NCBI GenBank assembly: GCA_963664405.1
Contig: OY761158.1
Coordinates: forward strand, 1,376,001 to 1,440,000
Direction of reading: 5' to 3'
From: Thermoanaerobaculia bacterium
Lineage (GTDB): Bacteria > Acidobacteriota > Thermoanaerobaculia > Multivoradales > Multivoraceae
Length of the DNA stretch: 64,000 nt
Positions 1 to 8,940 of the stretch are shown in pieces. The position numbers and the translations under genes were made by a program. Below the pieces are notes generated by a model. That model was not told where the DNA came from and did no database searches. It saw only the letters and a program-made list of their open reading frames with translations. Position 1 is the stretch's first letter. Each line of letters opens with the position of its first letter.

Positions 1-111
1 TGCTTTGCGATCATGTCGGCGCTGTCCAAGCTCCTGGAAGGGGACATGATGGCCGACATCGTCCCCACTTTCGGCTCTGTGAACATGATCGGAGGGGAGC
101 TCGACCGGTGA
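1..111 (+). CDS. nuoD: NADH-quinone oxidoreductase subunit D, C-terminal fragment (5' end outside window)
   Basis: Frame 1 reads CFAIMSALSKLLEGDMMADIVPTFGSVNMIGGELDR*, the typical NuoD C-terminus; the TGA overlaps the GTG of the next gene. Confidence 0.9.
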   Translation, partial: CFAIMSALSKLLEGDMMADIVPTFGSVNMIGGELDR

Positions 112-1907
112 CGTTTTCAGACCTAGAGGGCAAGGCTGCCGAGATCCTGCAGCGCTACGAGTACCCCAAAGCAGCCATGCTGCCACTGTTGTGGTTGGTG
201 CAGGAGAATATGGGCTACGTCGCTCTAGAGGCGGAGCCATGGGTAGCCGGCATCCTGGGCGTCTCCCGCTCCCAGGTGCACGAAGTCGTCTCCTTCTACA
301 ACATGTACCACACCCAGCCCGTAGGCCGCCGGGAGCTACGCGTGTGCACCAGCCTGCCCTGCCAGCTGCGCGGATCCAAGGAGCTCTTGGCGAAGATCGA
401 AGAGAAACTCAATATCCGACCCGGCGAGACCACGCCCGACGGCAAGGTCACCCTGACCGAGGTCGAGTGTCTCTGCGCCTGCGAGATGTCCCCCATGGCG
501 CAGCTCGACGAACGCTTCGTCGGCCCGATCGAGGGTAGCGCCATTGACAACATCGTCGCGGACGCCCTGGCAGCGCCCGGTAGCAGCGAGTCGACCCCGG
601 ACCCGGATCCCTACATCTCGAGCGATGGGCCGGTGCTCTCGACTCGCTTCAAGGATCCAGAGGGCACCTGGATGGAGGCCTACGTAGCCGACCACCAGGG
701 CTACACCGCTGCCCGCAAAGTGCTCACCTCGATGACCCCGGAGCAAGTGATCGACGAAGTCTCCAAGGCCAACTTGCGCGGGCTTGGCGGGGCCGGGTTC
801 CCCGCCGGTAGAAAGTGGTCGTTCGTTCCCAAGGAAACCGACAAGCCCAAGTACCTCGTAGTCAATGCCGACGAGGGCGAGCCAGGCACCTTCAAGGATC
901 GCTACATCATGGAGCGCGACCCGCACGCCCTCATCGAGGGCATGCTCATCGCAGCCTTCGCCATTGGTTGCCACAAGGCCTACGTCTACATCCGTGGCGA
1001 GTACTTCGAGTCGGCGAAGCGCCTACAACGCGCGATCGACGAGGCTCATCAGAAAGGGTGGCTGGGCCAGAATATCCAGGGTACCGGCTTCGACCTGGAA
1101 ATTGTCATTCACCGTGGCGCCGGCGCTTACATCTGCGGCGAAGAAACCGCGCTGCTCACTTCCCTCGAGGGCGGAAAAGGCTTTCCAAGGCTCAAACCCC
1201 CCTTTCCCGCCATCTCCGGTCTCTTTGCCTGCCCAACGATCGTAAACAACGTCGAGACTCTGAGCTGCGTTCCGTTCATTCTTCGCAACGGCTCGGAAGC
1301 TTTTTCCGCCATTGGCACCGAGAGGCAGGGCGGCACCCGCCTCTTCTGCGTCAGCGGGCACGTCGTCCGACCCGGGGTTTACGAGGCCCCGGTCTCGATC
1401 ACTTTGCGAGAGTTGATCGAAGAGAAAGCCGGTGGTGTCCGCGATGGCAGAAAGCTCAAGGCGGTGATTCCAGGAGGCATCTCAGCCAAGATTCTCAGCG
1501 CCGACGAGATCGACGTTGCCATGGACTTCGACTCCCTGATGGCCGCCGGCACGATGGCCGGATCGGGGGGCGTCATCGTCATGGACGAGACCACCTCGAT
1601 AGTCGACGCATTGGGATCGGCTGTACGTTTCTTCGCCGACGAATCGTGTGGGCAGTGCTCACCCTGCCGCGAGGGGACCGGCTGGATTCATCGCATCATG
1701 GACCGGCTCAGCGAAGGCGGAGGAACGCCTCAGGACCTCGAAGACCTCCTCGCCATCGCCGGCGACATGGAGGGCAAGACCATCTGCGTTTTCGCCGACG
1801 CCGCGGCCTGGCCAGTGCAGTCCTACATCGCCAAGTTCCGCGACGAGTTCGAAGACTACATTCGCAGCGGACGCAAGCCGTCGGCGACGGAGGCCGCCTA
1901 TGCCTAG
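108..1907 (+). CDS. nuoEF: Fused NuoE-NuoF (2Fe-2S domain plus FMN/NADH-binding subunit)
   Basis: N-terminal NuoE motifs (CTSLPC...ECLCAC); NuoF motifs GLGGAGFP, NADEGEPGTFKDR, GAYICGEETAL, ESCGQCSPCREG. Confidence 0.93.
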   Translation: MTFSDLEGKAAEILQRYEYPKAAMLPLLWLVQENMGYVALEAEPWVAGILGVSRSQVHEVVSFYNMYHTQPVGRRELRVCTSLPCQLRGSKELLAKIEEKLNIRPGETTPDGKVTLTEVECLCACEMSPMAQLDERFVGPIEGSAIDNIVADALAAPGSSESTPDPDPYISSDGPVLSTRFKDPEGTWMEAYVADHQGYTAARKVLTSMTPEQVIDEVSKANLRGLGGAGFPAGRKWSFVPKETDKPKYLVVNADEGEPGTFKDRYIMERDPHALIEGMLIAAFAIGCHKAYVYIRGEYFESAKRLQRAIDEAHQKGWLGQNIQGTGFDLEIVIHRGAGAYICGEETALLTSLEGGKGFPRLKPPFPAISGLFACPTIVNNVETLSCVPFILRNGSEAFSAIGTERQGGTRLFCVSGHVVRPGVYEAPVSITLRELIEEKAGGVRDGRKLKAVIPGGISAKILSADEIDVAMDFDSLMAAGTMAGSGGVIVMDETTSIVDALGSAVRFFADESCGQCSPCREGTGWIHRIMDRLSEGGGTPQDLEDLLAIAGDMEGKTICVFADAAAWPVQSYIAKFRDEFEDYIRSGRKPSATEAAYA

Positions 1908-3495
1908 TCTGAGCATCGACGGCCAAGAGATCACGGTCGACGACGGCACCACCGTCATCCAGGCCGGGGAGAAGCTCGGGATCTTCATCCCTCGCTACTG
2001 CTACCACCCCGGCCTTTCGATCGCAGGCAACTGCCGCATCTGCCTGGTGGATGTCGAGAACAACCCCAAGCTGCAGATCGCATGCAACCTGCCGGTCACC
2101 GAGGGGATGGTCGTCCACACCGAGAGCGACAAGGCTCAAGACGGTCGTCGCTCGGTGCTCGAGTTTCTCCTCGCCAACCACCCGCTCGATTGCCCGGTAT
2201 GTGACCAGTCCGGCGAGTGCGACCTGCAGAACTTCTACATGAACTTCGGGCTCTACCAGCCCAGGTTTCGCGAGCACAAAGTAAAGAAGAAGAAGGCATT
2301 CGAGCTCGGCCCTCATGTGATGCTCGACCAGGAGCGCTGCATCTTGTGCTCGCGCTGCGTCCGTTTTACCGACGAGATCTCCAAGACCGGCGAGTTCGGC
2401 ATCTTCAACCGCGGCGACCGGGCTGAGCTGGCAATCTACCCCGGCGAGGTCCTCGACAACCCCTACTCGGCAAATGTGGTGGACATCTGCCCGGTGGGCG
2501 CACTCACCGAGAAGGACTTCCGCTTCAAGGCCAGGGTCTGGTACCTCTCTAGCGCTCCGACGGTGTGCAACGGCTGCAGCCGTGGCTGCAACGTAGACGC
2601 CCACTTCGTCCTCGACCGGCCCCATCTGAATGACGAGGCTCGACTGGTGCGGATGAAGCCGCGCTATAACGAGGACGTCAACAAGTGGTGGCTCTGCGAC
2701 GAAGGCAGATACGGTTTCGGCTGGCTCGACCAAGGCCGTCTGACCCAAGTGCGAGGTCCGTCAGTGGATGAGGCAACGACTCCGAGCGCCGCATGGGAGC
2801 AGGCCCTCACCACAATCTCGACCGCCCTCGGCAAGGCGAAGTCGAAGATTGGAGTCATCGCTTCGGCGCAGCTCACCAACGAGGAGCTCTTTCTGATCCA
2901 AGAGATCTTCCAGGAGCGCCTGGGCGCGCGAGTCAGCGCATCGGTCCCGGAGCGACTTGGAAGCGCGGATGACTTCCTCATCCAGGCCGACAAGAACCCA
3001 AACACCCTGGGGGCGACACTACTGAACCTGGCCGGTCCCGACGCGGTCGACGCCAAAGAGATCATCGACCAGGCGCTCGCCGGGGAGCTCGGGGCCCTCT
3101 GGGTGTTCGGTCACGACCTTGTCGATCTCTTCGGCGAAGAGTGCGTGCGAGAGCTGGCAGCGAAAGTCGAGCTCTTGGTCTTCTCCGGCACCAACGAGAA
3201 CGCGACCGTGCCCTTCGCACACTGGGTTCTGCCCACCGCGGCCTACCTCGAGAAAGACGGCACCTTCGTCAACTGCCAAGGGCGGGTCCAACGAGTCGGG
3301 CGCGCCTTCCCTCCACTCGAGGGCTGTCGGGAGGATTGGCGAGTGCTCCAGGAGCTGGCGGAAGCCCTGGGCGCGGAGCTCGAGTGGCAGGAGCCCGAGC
3401 AGATCTTCGAGCGGCTCGCAACGGCCTCGACGCCTTTCGCCGGACTGGGCTACGAAATACTGGGGGCGCATGGAGCGGAGGTGACGAGGCCGTGA
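1900..3495 (+). CDS. nuoG: NADH-quinone oxidoreductase subunit G (short form, about 531 aa)
   Basis: IPRYCYHPGLSIAGNCRICLV, HPLDCPVCDQSGEC, RCILCSRC, DICPVGAL; ATG at 1900 overlaps the end of nuoEF. Confidence 0.92.
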   Translation: MPSLSIDGQEITVDDGTTVIQAGEKLGIFIPRYCYHPGLSIAGNCRICLVDVENNPKLQIACNLPVTEGMVVHTESDKAQDGRRSVLEFLLANHPLDCPVCDQSGECDLQNFYMNFGLYQPRFREHKVKKKKAFELGPHVMLDQERCILCSRCVRFTDEISKTGEFGIFNRGDRAELAIYPGEVLDNPYSANVVDICPVGALTEKDFRFKARVWYLSSAPTVCNGCSRGCNVDAHFVLDRPHLNDEARLVRMKPRYNEDVNKWWLCDEGRYGFGWLDQGRLTQVRGPSVDEATTPSAAWEQALTTISTALGKAKSKIGVIASAQLTNEELFLIQEIFQERLGARVSASVPERLGSADDFLIQADKNPNTLGATLLNLAGPDAVDAKEIIDQALAGELGALWVFGHDLVDLFGEECVRELAAKVELLVFSGTNENATVPFAHWVLPTAAYLEKDGTFVNCQGRVQRVGRAFPPLEGCREDWRVLQELAEALGAELEWQEPEQIFERLATASTPFAGLGYEILGAHGAEVTRP

Positions 3496-4583
3496 TGGAA
3501 GTCGTGCTCATCAAGCTCGCTTTGACCGGGTTTGTGCTGTTCGGTGTCCTCAACCTGGCGGGCCTCCACACCTGGGTGGAGCGTAAGCAGTCGGCCCTGA
3601 TTCAGGACCGGATCGGAGCCAATCGCGCCACGATCTTCGGAATACGGGCGTTGGGCCTTTTCCACGGCATCGCCGATGCGATCAAGCTGTTCACCAAGGA
3701 AGACATCGTCCCGTCCGGCGCCGACAAGACTCTCCACACTCTCGCCCCCTTCTTCTCGGTCTTCTTCGCGCTGGTGACCTTCGCCGCGATTCCTTTCGGA
3801 GACCATCTGATCCTGGGAGATCGGGTCATCGGTCTCCAGATCGCCGACCTCAATGTCGCGCTGCTGTTCATCTTCGCCATGCTTTCGCTCGGGGTCTACG
3901 GCGTGATTCTCGCCGGCTTCGCCTCGCGAAATAATTACGCGATCATGGGCGGGCTCCGAGCCACGGCGCAGATGATCTCCTACGAGATCGCCCTGGGAGT
4001 CTCCATCGTTGGCGTGGTCATGGTCTACGGGACCATGAATCTGGCTGAGCTGGTACGGGCTCAAGGTCAACTGATCGGTGGCTGGGTTCCTATGTGGGGC
4101 ATTCTCACCCAGCCTGTCGCCTTCGTGATCTTTCTCACCGCGGCGCTGGCTGAGACCAAGAGGGTACCTTTCGACCTGCCTGAAGCGGAGTCCGAGATCG
4201 TCGGCTACTTTGTCGAGTACAGCGGCATGAAGTTCGGCATGTTCCTGCTCACCGACTTTATCGAAACGATCGTAGTCGCCTGCCTTGCCACGACTCTTTT
4301 CTTCGGAGGCTGGCAGGTCCCGTTCCTGATGCCCGATGGCTTCCACTTCCCCTGGGGCGGAGAGATTCCGGTCTCCAACTGGGTCTATGCTCTGCTCGGC
4401 GTCGGGAGCTTCTCGACCAAGGTCTTAGTCTTCTGCTTCGTCTTCATGCAGCTGCGTTGGACCGTGCCGCGCTTCCGCTACGACCAGCTCATGACCCTGG
4501 GCTGGAAGGGACTCTTCCCGGTGGCAGTAGTCAACGTGGTCATAACAGCAATCGTTCTCGTCTTCTTCGGAGAGGTGAGCTAA
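3495..4583 (+). CDS. nuoH: NADH-quinone oxidoreductase subunit H
   Basis: ERK...QDRIG, ADAIKLFTKED, AQMISYE, PFDLPEAESE, EYSGMKF, PRFRYDQLM; TGATG coupling. Confidence 0.95.
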   Translation: MEVVLIKLALTGFVLFGVLNLAGLHTWVERKQSALIQDRIGANRATIFGIRALGLFHGIADAIKLFTKEDIVPSGADKTLHTLAPFFSVFFALVTFAAIPFGDHLILGDRVIGLQIADLNVALLFIFAMLSLGVYGVILAGFASRNNYAIMGGLRATAQMISYEIALGVSIVGVVMVYGTMNLAELVRAQGQLIGGWVPMWGILTQPVAFVIFLTAALAETKRVPFDLPEAESEIVGYFVEYSGMKFGMFLLTDFIETIVVACLATTLFFGGWQVPFLMPDGFHFPWGGEIPVSNWVYALLGVGSFSTKVLVFCFVFMQLRWTVPRFRYDQLMTLGWKGLFPVAVVNVVITAIVLVFFGEVS

Positions 4584-5227
4584 TGGCCGTCAAAGTCATG
4601 CGTCGACCCGAGCTCACGTTCTGGGAGAAGACCTATCTACCTCAGGTTCTGAGCGGTCTCAAGATCACGTTCCGACACTTCTTCCGCAACCTCTTTCTGC
4701 ATATCGCCCATCGCGTGGGCCGCCTCAAGCATCTTCGCGCCGGCGTCACCTACCAGTATCCTGAAGAGCTCAGGCCGCTGATGTCGAGATATCGAAGCCG
4801 CCACCGGCTCACTGTGCGCGAGGACAACACTCCGCGCTGTGTAGGCTGCATGCTGTGCGAAACGGTGTGCCCAGCCAAGTGCATCACCATCGTGCCGGGA
4901 GAGCATCCCGACCCCAACGTCGAGAAGTATCCGATTCGCTTCGACATCGACCTAGGAGTCTGCGTCTACTGCGGCTACTGCGTCGAGGTGTGCCCAGAAG
5001 ACGCAATCCGCATGGACACCGGGATCCTCGATTTGGCGGCCTACTCGCGAGACGCGATGAAGCTCGATATCCACGAGTTGATGGATCCCCAGCTCCGCAA
5101 ACCGGTGAAGGACTGCGACCTGGATTTCCCCCACCAGTGCGAGGTCACCGGCGGAGGAATGAAAGGGAGCTGGAGCAGAGACGGCTCGGAGAGCCCGGCC
5201 CCAGGGGGTGCGCAAAGCCATGAATAG
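4583..5227 (+). CDS. nuoI: NADH-quinone oxidoreductase subunit I
   Basis: TYQYPEE and two CxxCxxCxxxCP ferredoxin motifs; TAATG coupling. Confidence 0.93.
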   Translation: MAVKVMRRPELTFWEKTYLPQVLSGLKITFRHFFRNLFLHIAHRVGRLKHLRAGVTYQYPEELRPLMSRYRSRHRLTVREDNTPRCVGCMLCETVCPAKCITIVPGEHPDPNVEKYPIRFDIDLGVCVYCGYCVEVCPEDAIRMDTGILDLAAYSRDAMKLDIHELMDPQLRKPVKDCDLDFPHQCEVTGGGMKGSWSRDGSESPAPGGAQSHE

Positions 5228-6239
5228 CCTACCTCTCGCCAGAGACATCATGGTGACTGACCTCATCACGGTGGCTCCGGAAGACGAGGTCTTTCAAGGC
5301 ATCCATCTCCTCCTCCACCATCACATCACCGGCGCCCCGGTGGTGGGAAACGATCGACGCTACCTAGGCATGCTGTCGGAGAAGAGCTGCATGAGCGTGC
5401 TCTATCTAACAGCGATAGGAGGCGGGGGGCAGGAGCATCCTCTTCGCGCGCGCGATTTCATGGACACCAAGCTGCTGACGCTGCATCCAGAGACCGACGC
5501 CTTCGAAGCGATCTCTACTCTTCTCAAGCATCGTGTTTCCGGGGCCTCCGTACTCGACGAGGATCAGAGCTTTCTCGGCGTCTTCTCCGAGCGCTACATC
5601 ATGCGCCTGCTGATCAACTCCGCCTACGACCAGATGCCATCGCCTCGCGTCGGTGCCTTCATGAACACCGACCGCGGACGGTTGATCACACCGGAGACCG
5701 ATCTGCTCGAAGTCTCGAAGATGTTCCTCGAGCAATACTACCGAAGGCTACCGGTGCTGAGCGCCGGGAAACTGGTGGGCCAAGTGAGCCGCCGCGATGT
5801 GCTCGGGGCCGAGCATCACCTGGCGCGCTTCGTCAAGGGCCGCCGCAAGAACCTACTCGACCATCGTCGCGAGCCGATCATGGCCGAGATCTGGCACGGC
5901 AGCGGTGATCTGCCTTCGACCGAGATCTCGCATTTCATGGACACCTCGGCGGAGACGATCGCGGAGGACCTGGACTGCCTCGCTATCGCCCGGATCTTCT
6001 TGAACACCAATCGGCGGCGCCTTCCGGTACTTCGGGAAGGCAAGCTGGTGGGTCAGATCAGTCGTCGGGATCTACTCGTGGAGATGCTCAACTTGCTCAC
6101 CCAAGGGCCGCACCACGACCAGCCAGGCCTCTACCTGAGCGCAGTAGCGGACCCCGAGGAGAATCCGATTCTCAGAGCGGCGGACCCACGAAGCGCCGGA
6201 AAGTCACCGCGCCGGCTGGAACCGAGTAGGCAGCCCTAG
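5220..6239 (+). CDS. Multi-CBS-domain protein
   Basis: Repeated ARDxM / RRLPV...GKLVGQxSRRD CBS motifs; overlaps the nuoI stop. Confidence 0.85.
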   Translation: MNSLPLARDIMVTDLITVAPEDEVFQGIHLLLHHHITGAPVVGNDRRYLGMLSEKSCMSVLYLTAIGGGGQEHPLRARDFMDTKLLTLHPETDAFEAISTLLKHRVSGASVLDEDQSFLGVFSERYIMRLLINSAYDQMPSPRVGAFMNTDRGRLITPETDLLEVSKMFLEQYYRRLPVLSAGKLVGQVSRRDVLGAEHHLARFVKGRRKNLLDHRREPIMAEIWHGSGDLPSTEISHFMDTSAETIAEDLDCLAIARIFLNTNRRRLPVLREGKLVGQISRRDLLVEMLNLLTQGPHHDQPGLYLSAVADPEENPILRAADPRSAGKSPRRLEPSRQP

Positions 6240-6252
6240 CCGACCTTGCGAG

Positions 6253-6345
6253 CTAGACGGTCGGCGCCAAATACTTGGTGAGCTCTCGAAAGCGCGGATA
6301 CTGGCGGAGGGGATCGAAGATCGGCTCGAGCTCGGGCGACGAGAT
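6253..6345 (-). pseudogene. Remnant C-terminus of a TPR/Ser-Thr-kinase-type protein
   Basis: Minus strand reads *ISSPELEPIFDPLRQYPRFRELTKYLAPTV*, resembling the 'P.FDPLR..PRF..L' tail of kinase/adenylate cyclase-TPR proteins; no start codon. Confidence 0.4.
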
Positions 6346-6614
6346 CTAGTACCGCGGCCCGACCCACATGATGACCATCCCGATCGAGAAGAAGGGTAGT
6401 GAGCTGATCACCGGGCGGCCGAGATTCTGTTCGAAGATCGGTTCCGACGGGGTAACAACCTAGGCATCATCAACTACGGCGTGCATCCGGACGGCCGCTT
6501 CCTGATGATCGAGGCCGTGGAGGATCAGAAGGAGAAAGTGATCCTGGTGCAAAACTGGCGAGCGAAGGTGCGCGAAATGTTCTCGAAAAGTGGTTCGCCG
6601 GTTCCCAATCAGCC

Positions 6615-7871
6615 CTAGACAATCGGGCGTGGGGAGTGCGCGTAGCGCTGCTCGAGGGTCTTACAGCGTGCTCGAATGAGCGCCGCCAGATCCGCTGAAC
6701 CGGTACCGTGAACATCGATTTCATCGATCGTCTGCAAGACCCTGGAAGCTAGCTCCGGAACGCGCCTTGCCACCATCGCTCGACCAAGACCGGCCTCTTC
6801 CGCGAGCTTCTCGAAGTTTCTAGGCCGGACGCGATCCGACCTCGACTCCCCTCCGATCTTCATGGCCATCCGGTCCGTCAGCTGGGGGTAGAAGACAGTG
6901 CTGATGACGTCATAGAGAGGAGCAAGCTTCGTACCCTTATCAAGCATGTAGAGCAATGAGAAGTTCTTGGCGTGAGCATCATGGTTGCCGACCAGCGCAT
7001 TGAAGATGACCGCATCCAACAATCGCACGAGCTCCGTTGCCGGCACTGTGGCTGCCATCCTCAACAGTCCAAAGGACGACTTCAGGCCGGGACCTCCTTC
7101 ACTTTGGTACTTCAACTCCGGCGGAACTCCCAGAGCCTGACAAAAATCCTCCTGGTGCAGTCGTTGAACGTTTCCCGCTTCATCTACCTCGCGGTCATAG
7201 CGCTCGACCAGCAAGTAGTCGATCTTCCCGACGCAATCGATCGCTATCTTCGCCGTTGGCAGGCCGATAGCCGCCGCGAGGCTTATACAGAACGCCTCGT
7301 TGAACACAACCCCTTCAAATCGCTCTACAGCGGGTTTGATGATGTGGGTGCTTGGGGCGGAGCCGAGGGGGAGTGAGATTCCTCCATCCCGTCTGCAGAC
7401 CGCAATCTTGTCCTGGGCGCCCGCAAGAGAGAGGCGCATACCTCGTTCGCCAACCATCAGCGGGCGGCGGGGCAGCTCGGCGAGGATTCGCTCCAGCTCC
7501 ACTTGACTCAGAGCGCGATAGCCCCGTTCGAGGCTCCGCAGCGAAGCTCCGGGCGGCAGGAAGGTCACGGCGCCGGCACATTCGCCGCCGATCTCTTCCA
7601 GCATCGCGAAGTCGTTTCTGGAGCTAATGCCAAGGATGGCTGCTATGGCTGCCCGCTTCGCCTCCTCCGGCAGGACTCCGGCAAAGAAACCCCTGCACTC
7701 TCTCTGGCTGAATCGACTTCTTCGCAAGGGGAGAGACAGGGATAGAGGCACGGCGCCAGAGCTTTGAAGCCACGATGCCGCGTAGGCGAACGTTGTCTGA
7801 CCGTCGTCGTCTTGGATCAGCTGGCCGACGAGGTTCTCGTGGAGGTATACATCCAGGGCGCGCGCCATCAC
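6615..7871 (-). CDS. hipA: Type II toxin HipA (Ser/Thr kinase)
   Basis: N-terminal HipA-coupling domain (LSLSLP, FFAGVLPE), SLAGAQDK, RLHQEDFCQALG, GNHDAHAKNFS, LAPLYD. Confidence 0.95.
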   Translation of the reverse strand: MMARALDVYLHENLVGQLIQDDDGQTTFAYAASWLQSSGAVPLSLSLPLRRSRFSQRECRGFFAGVLPEEAKRAAIAAILGISSRNDFAMLEEIGGECAGAVTFLPPGASLRSLERGYRALSQVELERILAELPRRPLMVGERGMRLSLAGAQDKIAVCRRDGGISLPLGSAPSTHIIKPAVERFEGVVFNEAFCISLAAAIGLPTAKIAIDCVGKIDYLLVERYDREVDEAGNVQRLHQEDFCQALGVPPELKYQSEGGPGLKSSFGLLRMAATVPATELVRLLDAVIFNALVGNHDAHAKNFSLLYMLDKGTKLAPLYDVISTVFYPQLTDRMAMKIGGESRSDRVRPRNFEKLAEEAGLGRAMVARRVPELASRVLQTIDEIDVHGTGSADLAALIRARCKTLEQRYAHSPRPIV

Positions 7872-8098
7872 CCTGCGTCTTCACTGGCCGGCGGCGCCAC
7901 CAGCTGGATGTGGATGCCGAGGGTGTGGAGCACGGTCAACACCTTGCCGAATTGACAGGTGGGCTTTCCCTGCTCGAGATCGATGATGAAGCGCAGACCG
8001 GTGCCCGCAGTCAGCGCTAGATCTCTTTGCGTCACGCCAAGCTCCGTTCGAGTGATACGCACGACCTTGGCGATGTCTTCGGGTGTGACAGCTGTCAT
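7868..8098 (-). CDS. hipB: HipB-like XRE HTH antitoxin
   Basis: TQRDLALTAGTGLRFIIDLEQGKPT HTH; overlaps the hipA start; ATG at 8098 preceded by GGAGG. Confidence 0.9.
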   Translation of the reverse strand: MTAVTPEDIAKVVRITRTELGVTQRDLALTAGTGLRFIIDLEQGKPTCQFGKVLTVLHTLGIHIQLVAPPASEDAG

Positions 8099-8125
8099 CT
8101 GCGACGCCCTCCAATCTGCGGCTGC

Positions 8126-8241
8126 ATTCCTGCTCGGTAACAATTGTCGTTTTGTAGCTGTGGTACGTGAGACATATTCCCGTACAGGAACATCTCTCAT
8201 AGACAACCGACCACTTGCGTGAATTGTTCCCGAGCGGGAAC
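8126..8241. promoter_or_regulatory. Three 16-bp palindromic operator-like sites upstream of hipBA
   Basis: ATTCCTGCTCGGTAAC (8126), ATTCCCGTACAGGAAC (8176), GTTCCCGAGCGGGAAC (8226); starts exactly 50 bp apart. Confidence 0.75.
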
Positions 8242-8364
8242 ACTACCCTCTTTGCGTATGGCGAGTCAATCGACTGGTACCTACGGCCAAAGGTGTCAGG
8301 TTTCGAACGCGATGCGCCTCGCCAGCCGAACCTTGGATAGACTCGCCACAAGGAGAAAAAGCCT

Positions 8365-8901
8365 ATGTTTCGACACACCCTGATTCTCATGACCGTGGCC
8401 GCCCTTGGCACCCCCGCCTCCTTCGGCGCAAGCCTTGCCGACGACATGCGGAAGAGTTGGAGCCAGCAGAAGGCTCTCTTGGTCCGCACCGTCGATGCGA
8501 TGCCCGAAGACTCCTTCGACTCCAAGCCCACGCCGGAGCAACATACCTTCGGCGAGCGGGTGCTCCACATCTCGGGTGCCAACGGCTTTCTGCTCGGCTT
8601 CTCGGACCCGCAGGCTCCGCGGCCCGATATCAGCAAGATGGACTTCAAGACTTTCGGCCAGACGGCCTCGACGAAGGCGGAGATTCTCGCCGCCCTCGAG
8701 GAGTCTTTCGATAGTGGTATCGCCGCGATGGAAGGGTGGGACGACGACGCTATGCTCGAAGAGGTCACGGGCCCGCCCTGGGTCGGCAAAGTGACCCGAG
8801 CGGGTCTCCTCACTTTCATTCTCACCCACAACATGGACATCTACGGCCAGCTCGTGGTCTACCTCCGCCTCGAAGGAGTCATCCCTCCCGCCAGCCGCTG
8901 A
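8365..8901 (+). CDS. Secreted DinB/YfiT-family protein
   Basis: Signal peptide; MPEDSFDSKPTPEQHTFGERVLH and HNMDIYGQLVVYLRLEGVIPP; AGGAG RBS. Confidence 0.8.
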   Translation: MFRHTLILMTVAALGTPASFGASLADDMRKSWSQQKALLVRTVDAMPEDSFDSKPTPEQHTFGERVLHISGANGFLLGFSDPQAPRPDISKMDFKTFGQTASTKAEILAALEESFDSGIAAMEGWDDDAMLEEVTGPPWVGKVTRAGLLTFILTHNMDIYGQLVVYLRLEGVIPPASR

Positions 8902-8940
8902 CGCGACTCGCCACTCGGCCGCACTGGGTGAGAGGACCAG

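Noticed and set aside
7881-8840. Long alternative-frame and antisense ORFs (e.g. 7881-8840, 8736-9797, 11139-12233, 20412-21779, 47494-49077)
   Set aside because: Arg/Pro/Ala-rich shadow ORFs overlapping well-supported genes, as expected at high GC.
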